A DNA stretch of 64,000 nt from positions 672,001 through 736,000 of the forward strand of contig CAVZSV010000004.1 in NCBI GenBank assembly GCA_963778115.1, written 5' to 3'. Below the pieces are notes generated by a model. It made no database searches, was not told the origin of the DNA, and saw only the letters and a list, made by a program, of their open reading frames with translations. Of the stretch, positions 57,921 through 64,000 are shown piece by piece; the stretch's first letter is position 1; each line of letters begins with the position of its first letter. Position numbers and translations under genes: made by a program. Origin of the DNA: an uncultured delta proteobacterium. Its GTDB lineage: Bacteria > Bdellovibrionota > FAC87 > UBA2466.

Positions 57921-59459
57921 TCACCAACTGGTGGGCATATAGTCTTTAAGAAATTTTCCCCAAACGTGGTCGCCGGTGAGAATCCCAGAAAAGAACGGAT
58001 CGCACACCCGGGCCGCTCCATCCACGATATCGAGAGGGGGCTGAAAATCGTGTTCGGCCTGTTTTCGCAACGTATCTTCCATGGGGTCTTCGTCCGTTAC
58101 CCAACCGGTATCGACAGCGTTCATGAAGATTCCATCTTCGGCGTAATCAGGGGCCGAAGTTAATGTCATCATATTAAGAGCTGCTTTGGCCATATTGGTA
58201 TGCGGATGCTTGTCGGTTTTGGTATTTCTAGAAAATTTTCCTTCCATCGCGGAGACGTTCACGATGTGTTTGGCATCCGTGCGATGGCGCAGCATCAGGG
58301 GCTTTAACTTCGCACACAAGACATAAGGAGCAATACTATTGACCAACTGGACTTCCAAAAGTTCTGGAGTGGCTACATCTGCCAGTTTCATCCGCCAACT
58401 ATTTTTCTTTCTTAAATCCACTTGCTGAAGATCCGCGTCTACTTTTCCCTCCGGAAAGAGCTCTTCAGAAGCATTAGCATCTTCGGGAAGTGCCTTTACT
58501 TGGGACAGGAGTGCCGGAATTCTAAGCCCGATAGCCCCGCCTGAAGTAGAGAGTTCGCTTACCCAGGAGTGGGAATCGTGGGATCTAAATTGAGCCATGT
58601 CGGCCGAAATGCGATTACGTAGCTCCTCATGCTGCTGAAGCAGGGGCCTAACTTCCAAAGGCAAGGTTTCGACGGCTTTGTTTTCTAATTCCATCAAGTG
58701 GGCGTAAAAACCCGGCGGCCTACGAACCGTCTGAGCCGCATTATTAATGAGAATGTCCAGACGTTCATAGTGGTGGCTCAAGTAACCAGCAAAGAACTCT
58801 ACACTGGGAGCGTGCCTCAGATCCAATCCATAGATCATCAAGCGATCTTTCCAGACCTGAAAGTCGTTTTCTTTCGCAAAACGCAGACCGGCGTCATGAG
58901 GAAATCGCGTGGTCGCAATCACCCGAGCGCCCGCCCTAAGCATCATAAGAGCCGATTGGTAGCCAATCTTCAGGCGCGCTCCCGTCACAAGTCCCACTTG
59001 TCCGACAAGGGATGCCGTTTGAAACCGTTTGGCGTAATTGAAATCTCCGCAGGACTCACACATCGAATCGTAAAAGAAGTGAAGTTTTAGATATTCCTGT
59101 TTGCACACGTAACAATTTTGCGAAACTTCTAGATATCTATCGGGACCTGACTTCGGCAAAGAGGTCAAAGAAGGAGGAATATAGACAGGAGATTGCCTAG
59201 CCTCCCGGATGACCGTGCGAGCTCTAGCCGTGCGATCTCTTTCTATTTGGTTTCTTTTTTTTGCTCGCCGGCGTTCTTTCGCCAAACGAGTCAACTCTAA
59301 CTTCCCTGGCCGCGAAACCAAACCTGCCGCCATTAATAACCTTTTGCGTTCTTCGGCGGAAAATCGACTCAGCAAAGTGCGGTCTTTGACCAGCTGCTCG
59401 AGCAGGTCAATGCAGACCCGGGCCTGTTGAGACATGTCTTTTGATCTAAGATCACCCAC
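57921..59459 (-). CDS. Short-chain dehydrogenase/reductase with N-terminal Zn-finger-like CxxC pair
   Basis: CYVC...CESC, VTGARLKIG, LINNAAQT, NVSAMEG, HPHTNMAKAALN, AVDTGWV. Confidence 0.88.
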   Translation of the reverse strand: MGDLRSKDMSQQARVCIDLLEQLVKDRTLLSRFSAEERKRLLMAAGLVSRPGKLELTRLAKERRRAKKRNQIERDRTARARTVIREARQSPVYIPPSLTSLPKSGPDRYLEVSQNCYVCKQEYLKLHFFYDSMCESCGDFNYAKRFQTASLVGQVGLVTGARLKIGYQSALMMLRAGARVIATTRFPHDAGLRFAKENDFQVWKDRLMIYGLDLRHAPSVEFFAGYLSHHYERLDILINNAAQTVRRPPGFYAHLMELENKAVETLPLEVRPLLQQHEELRNRISADMAQFRSHDSHSWVSELSTSGGAIGLRIPALLSQVKALPEDANASEELFPEGKVDADLQQVDLRKKNSWRMKLADVATPELLEVQLVNSIAPYVLCAKLKPLMLRHRTDAKHIVNVSAMEGKFSRNTKTDKHPHTNMAKAALNMMTLTSAPDYAEDGIFMNAVDTGWVTDEDPMEDTLRKQAEHDFQPPLDIVDGAARVCDPFFSGILTGDHVWGKFLKDYMPTSW

Positions 59460-59497
59460 GAGCCGTAAGCTACCGTAAGTAGGGGCGAGTGAAAAAC

Positions 59498-59570
59498 AAA
59501 AAGCCGCGATCGCGGTTTTTAGTGGCCCGTTTGAGATTAATCGGCCTCTTCGGGCATTACCGAAGAGGCC
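59498..59570 (-). terminator. Two hairpins downstream of the 61336-59579 gene
   Basis: ggcctcttcgg-gcatta-ccgaagaggcc and aaaagccgcgatcgcggtttt. Confidence 0.55.
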
Positions 59571-59578
59571 AATCTTAT

Positions 59579-61336
59579 CTACTTTTGTTCCTTAAAGGCT
59601 TCTACATAATCCGCTGTTTTGAACTTAAACGTAAACGCATAGTAGACTATTCCGGTAAATCGCACCTTCGGCCGATCGGATCCGGCCACTTTTACCGTTT
59701 CCGTAGGCCTTGTGGCAGGCGCATCCGCCGGCATCGGAGCCGCTGCCGCTTCCAATACCATGCCGCGGGCGGAGGAAGGAACCCCTCCGCCAGGACCGCC
59801 ATTGTCCGGTTTTGCCTCCCCGGGAGCCAGCTCGACCAGACAAGCTTTCGTGAAGCCGTTTCCATCGATAGCCGATTTCACTTCACCTTTAGGATCGAGC
59901 ACACATTTAGCGACCGATCTTCTGGCATCCGAAAAGATCGCATACTTGGTCCTTTCGGTAACTCCTCCTTCGCTACTGATATCGGCTTTGACGCGCGCGG
60001 GATTTCCGGCATCCTCTTTTTTTCCAAAGGAGCCCTGCAAGTCGGTAATGAGCTTGTAGAGATCTTTAAAATTAGAGGATCGTATCTCCAGATACTGAGT
60101 CGTGGAATAGTACACCGGTAAGTCTACAGGCGTAGTGGGATCGACCGCGAACTTCTTTGAAGTACAAGTATCGAGGTAGGCCGTCACCTGCCCGCTTTCA
60201 TTCCATTCGACGGGACGAGCTGCCTGCTCGCCTTGAGGTTCTGGAGTACTGGCCGTCTGCACTTCAATCTTATCCGTCTCGGTATAGGCTTTGCTTTTTT
60301 GAACGGTATGGAAAGTCTGAGTGACGTCGTCTGCAATAGGTTGCATGGCGGCAGTAGCGCCGTCTCCCGTTTCATGGCAGACGGTGGTCAAAGTGACACC
60401 CACAGTTCCATAATCGGCATCGCGAGTCGCTTCGGCCTCAGCGTTGAAAGTTGAAGTGTCGGGCCCTTTCTTTCCTGCTTTAATTTTATCTTTGGCTTTG
60501 GCGTAAAGTTTATAGTGGAAAGGTAGCTTCATCGTCACTTTCGGGGGCTGGTCGCTCGAAATGGGATCCCCGATGGTGGGAAGGTAAGGAAGCTCCGAGG
60601 CAACTCCTTCACGGAAAGGGGTCGCACTCTCAAACTTTAAGTCCTTCGCATCGAGTTCAAAGTCACTGTCTTTACCTGTGGCGAGATCACGCGCTTGCAC
60701 GCGCAACTGCCTGGCCTCGGCTTCGTTGCGTTCGAGAGTAATGCGGTAATCAATCGTTGAAGCGACTACTTTGACGGCTTTCGGGTCCTTATTGGTCTTT
60801 GCCTTATTTATCTCTTTTACTTTATTTTCTACCCACCCCATATCGCTGGTGCGAATTCCTATCCGCTGGCTGCCCGTAAATACGTCATCCACTTTAGCGT
60901 CAAGGGCGACCTCTTTCTGAGTACAAGCATTATACCTCGTCGCTTTGGTAGCCACTGGCTTCCCTTTAACGGGCTTAGGTTCCACAATAGGGGCCGTCGG
61001 TCTAGATTTGCTCGTCGGATTGCGCCAATACTTTCTCTCGAGTTCCGTGTAAACACTGTCCGGAACTTTGGTCACGATGTCTTTCCAAAGCGCGTCCCTA
61101 GCATCGGCAATCGCTTTAAGAGCGGCCGGGCCAGTATCCTGACAATCAACGGAGTAGTAGAAAAAAACTTCGGCGTAATCGGCATCAAAAAAAGGGGAGT
61201 CCGTTCCAGGTACCACATAGGTCATGTAGCCATAATGGGGATCGGATTTTTTTTCGCTGGCGTGGGCATTAAGCACAGTAGCTGCAGCCAAAACGATCAC
61301 GGTGGCGAACGACACTAAAACTCTGAGAGATCTCAT
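59579..61336 (-). CDS. Secreted protein, probably two tandem SIMPL (DUF541)-like domains
   Basis: RBS ggagg and signal peptide; two related segments, DADYAEVFFYYSVDCQDTG.AA and DADYGTVGVTLTTVCHETG.GA. Confidence 0.5.
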   Translation of the reverse strand: MRSLRVLVSFATVIVLAAATVLNAHASEKKSDPHYGYMTYVVPGTDSPFFDADYAEVFFYYSVDCQDTGPAALKAIADARDALWKDIVTKVPDSVYTELERKYWRNPTSKSRPTAPIVEPKPVKGKPVATKATRYNACTQKEVALDAKVDDVFTGSQRIGIRTSDMGWVENKVKEINKAKTNKDPKAVKVVASTIDYRITLERNEAEARQLRVQARDLATGKDSDFELDAKDLKFESATPFREGVASELPYLPTIGDPISSDQPPKVTMKLPFHYKLYAKAKDKIKAGKKGPDTSTFNAEAEATRDADYGTVGVTLTTVCHETGDGATAAMQPIADDVTQTFHTVQKSKAYTETDKIEVQTASTPEPQGEQAARPVEWNESGQVTAYLDTCTSKKFAVDPTTPVDLPVYYSTTQYLEIRSSNFKDLYKLITDLQGSFGKKEDAGNPARVKADISSEGGVTERTKYAIFSDARRSVAKCVLDPKGEVKSAIDGNGFTKACLVELAPGEAKPDNGGPGGGVPSSARGMVLEAAAAPMPADAPATRPTETVKVAGSDRPKVRFTGIVYYAFTFKFKTADYVEAFKEQK

Positions 61337-61499
61337 AGGTGCCTCCTAGGTAAAATTACCTGTGTTAGTAGTGGCTAATTACGGAAGTAAGGACACAGCG
61401 TCAAGTTAGGAACCTATGGCTGAGAGAGATTGTGTGGCGATTGGAGATCCTTCCTATCCGAGATAGATTAAGAAGAAATCCCTAAGGTTAGGGTTAAGA

Positions 61500-63173
61500 T
61501 CAATCCTTAACTATGATTGGAGGAGCCACCGATAAGAAATTTAGATCCTTATAATTATCTTGTGCCCAATGCACATTCCAATCGGTCGCGAATAAAATTA
61601 CCGGAAGGCCGTCTCTATCAACGAGATATCGGTTATCCGCATGACTGCCGACCAGTCGTAATCTTCTCGGCAGATCGACGTTGGCTTCTTTCGGAGTAAT
61701 CCAACGTGCTCGCGTATAGGGCAATCGCTCAAGTCGCATCTCAACCGAGTATTCCGATTTAAGCCGATGCTGCAAGACTTCAAACTGTAAAGCTCCTACC
61801 GCTCCGACAACAGGCTGAGCTTCGCCGCGATCCGGCGGAAAAAAAATCTGAACCACTCCTTCTTCGGTCAGCTGGTCGAGGCCCTTTTTCAACTGCTTTC
61901 GCTTTAGAGGATCGGTAAGAAGGACTCCCGCAAAAAACTCAGGCGAAAATCTGGGTACGCCCTCGTACTCCATCGCTCGGTTTGCACAAAGAGTGTCGCC
62001 AATCCGAAAATCTCCGGTGGTATCGACAAGTCCTACGATATCTCCGGGCCACGCCTCTTCGATGATTTCGCGTTCTTGAGCGAAGAAATGCAAAGGACGA
62101 GCGAGTTTAAACTCTTTCTTTAAACGCCCGTGAATAGCGGAAATTCCTCTTTGAAATTTTCCTGAACAGACTCTTAAGAAGGCAACGCGATCGCGGTGCT
62201 TGGGATCCATATTGGCTTGGATCTTAAAGAACAGTCCCGAAAATTCCGGACTGGTCGGCTCCACTAGCCCTTCCGTGCTTTTCCGAGGCCCTGGCGGAGG
62301 AGCCATGGTCAAAAATGTTTCTAAAAAGTGCTGAACCCCGAAATTGTTCATCGCACTTCCAAAAAAGACGGGGGTCAGCTGCCCCGCCAAGACGCGGGCT
62401 TCATCGTAGGGATCTCCGGCCAGCTCGATAAGTTCCAACTGGCTCGCAAGTGCTTCCTGCAAACGTTTGCCATCCTCTTTGGAGAGATGCTCGGCTAAGG
62501 CCGGATCGTCCACTCCGTTAAACGTAATGGGCTGCAGTTGCCTTTGCGCATTGGATTTCTGAGTCGCTTGAAAAAGTAAAAGCGAGTTTCGGGCGCGATC
62601 AAAGACTCCCTTGAATTCTGGCCCCATGCCGATGGGCCAGCTGATGGGGCACGAGCGAATGCCCAACACCTTCTCAAGTTCGTCGATTAACTCAAAGGGA
62701 TCACGTCCGGGACGATCCAGTTTATTAATGAAGGTAAAGATAGGAAGTCCGCGCAGACGGCAGACTTCGAAAAGCTTTCGCGTCTGAGGCTCGACCCCTT
62801 TGGCAGCGTCGATAAGCATCACCGCACTGTCCACCGCGACCAAGGTCCGGTAGGTGTCCTCGGAAAAGTCTTTGTGTCCCGGAGTATCTAAGAGGTTAAG
62901 CTGGATTCCCGCGTATTCGAAGCGAAGCACACTCGTACTGATAGAGATGCCCCTTTGGCGCTCGATCTCCATCCAATCGGAGGTGGTGTTGCGGCTCTGA
63001 CCTTTCGCTTTTACGGCGCCTGCCAAATGAATAGCCCCGCCATAGAGCAACAGCTTTTCGGTCAACGTCGTCTTGCCGGCATCGGGATGCGAAATAATGG
63101 CGAACGTTCGACGACGCGCCACCTCTTTGGCCAATAGCGGTTTTAATTCATCATTTATAGAAGTAGAGGACAT
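61500..63173 (-). CDS. prfC: Peptide chain release factor 3
   Basis: RRRTFAIISHPDAGKTTLTEKLLLYGGAI, SDWMEIERQRGISI, DTPGHKDFSEDTYR, NKLD, FKIQANMDPKHRDR. Confidence 0.97.
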   Translation of the reverse strand: MSSTSINDELKPLLAKEVARRRTFAIISHPDAGKTTLTEKLLLYGGAIHLAGAVKAKGQSRNTTSDWMEIERQRGISISTSVLRFEYAGIQLNLLDTPGHKDFSEDTYRTLVAVDSAVMLIDAAKGVEPQTRKLFEVCRLRGLPIFTFINKLDRPGRDPFELIDELEKVLGIRSCPISWPIGMGPEFKGVFDRARNSLLLFQATQKSNAQRQLQPITFNGVDDPALAEHLSKEDGKRLQEALASQLELIELAGDPYDEARVLAGQLTPVFFGSAMNNFGVQHFLETFLTMAPPPGPRKSTEGLVEPTSPEFSGLFFKIQANMDPKHRDRVAFLRVCSGKFQRGISAIHGRLKKEFKLARPLHFFAQEREIIEEAWPGDIVGLVDTTGDFRIGDTLCANRAMEYEGVPRFSPEFFAGVLLTDPLKRKQLKKGLDQLTEEGVVQIFFPPDRGEAQPVVGAVGALQFEVLQHRLKSEYSVEMRLERLPYTRARWITPKEANVDLPRRLRLVGSHADNRYLVDRDGLPVILFATDWNVHWAQDNYKDLNFLSVAPPIIVKD

Positions 63174-63247
63174 TTGCGCTCATCTATCCATTTAGCGTCT
63201 GGAAAACGGATAGTTATAGCGCAAAGTCGATGTGAAGGATATCGGAC

Positions 63248-64000
63248 TTAGTATCCCATTCCGTATTGAGAGGGATATCCAGAGTAGCTGTAACCGCCAG
63301 GGGAGTAGCTCGACCCACCATAGCCGCCCATGCCGCCACCATATCCGCCCATGCCGCCGCTACCGTAACCCATTCCATATTGAGAGGGATAGCCGGAGTA
63401 ACTATAACCACCAGGAGAATAATTCGAACCACCGTAGCCGCCCATGCCGCCGTAGCCGGTGTTTCCGTATCCGCCACCATAGCCACCCATGCCGCCGTAG
63501 CCCGTATTTCCGTATCCGCCCATGCCGCCGTATCCGGTATTTCCGTATCCGCCACCATAGCCACCCATGCCGCCGTAGCCCGTATTTCCGTATCCGCCAC
63601 CATAGCCACCCATGCCGCCGTAGCCGGTATTTCCGTATCCGCCACCATAGCCGCCCATGCCGCCGTAGCCCGTATTTCCGTATCCGCCACCATAGCCGCC
63701 CATACCGCCGTAGCCAGATCCATAACCCATTCCACCGTAGTTAGATCCGTATCCACCGCCCATTCCGCCGTATCCACCGTAACCTATTCCGCCGTATCCA
63801 CCGCCCATTCCGCCGTATCCGCCGTAACCTATTCCGCCGTATCCGCCGCCCATTCCGCCGTATCCGCCGTATCCGCCGCCCATTCCGCCATATCCGCCGT
63901 AACCCATTCCGCCATATCCGCCGTAACCCATTCCGCCGTATCCGCCGTAACCCATTCCGCCGTATCCGCCGTAACCCATTCCGCCGTATCCGCCGTAACC
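63248..64000 (-). CDS. Gly/Tyr/Met-rich low-complexity repeat protein (5' end outside the window)
   Basis: Open frame to the window edge with tandem GYGGYGGM and GGYGGGYGNTGYGGM units; third-position variation between units indicates coding constraint. Confidence 0.75.
   Translation of the reverse strand, partial: GYGGYGGMGYGGYGGMGYGGYGGMGYGGYGGMGYGGYGGMGGGYGGYGGMGGGYGGIGYGGYGGMGGGYGGIGYGGYGGMGGGYGSNYGGMGYGSGYGGMGGYGGGYGNTGYGGMGGYGGGYGNTGYGGMGGYGGGYGNTGYGGMGGYGGGYGNTGYGGMGGYGNTGYGGMGGYGGGYGNTGYGGMGGYGGSNYSPGGYSYSGYPSQYGMGYGSGGMGGYGGGMGGYGGSSYSPGGYSYSGYPSQYGMGY

Noticed and set aside
59489..60121. 210-aa plus-strand ORF
   Set aside because: Antisense to a well-formed secreted protein gene and runs across terminator hairpins.
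63214..63777. Alternative ORFs 63214..63777 and 63232..63744, and a possible CRISPR-like periodicity
   Set aside because: Shadow frames of the Gly-rich repeat. The units are contiguous, have no unique spacers, and there are no cas genes.

Overview
A 64 kb stretch of bacterial chromosome of roughly balanced GC (by eye). It is mostly accessory genes and has no rRNA, complete tRNA, CRISPR array, intact transposase or prophage. The many secreted hypotheticals, Sel1/Cys-rich protein, S41 and M14 peptidases, Ig-repeat/vWA adhesin and sigma28/sigma54-type promoters suggest a Bdellovibrionota/deltaproteobacterium-like organism, but this is inference only. Recognisable genes include a MASE1-CHASE histidine kinase, peptidase E, a DEAD-box helicase, a copper-radical oxidase, glycosyltransferases, a MarR-TolC-RND-RND operon, an Fe3+-type ABC permease and ATPase, a radical SAM/SPASM protein and prfC. 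Four observations stand out. (1) Two paralogous wHTH-AAA+ ATPases 20 kb apart, plus the Ig-repeat/vWA adhesin upstream of the first, are each preceded by an identically spaced sigma28-like promoter. (2) A three-gene exported operon (CxxCH protein, lipoprotein, Tat-exported DUF1501-like protein) of unknown function sits behind a sigma54-like promoter. (3) The twin-RND/TolC efflux operon has no periplasmic adaptor, and one RND carries a single-base frameshift. (4) There are decayed mobile-DNA traces: an HNH remnant beside an inverted-repeat-flanked heptamer array, a REP-like palindrome and a tRNA-3'-like fragment. All family assignments come from motif recognition by eye; no database searches were run.
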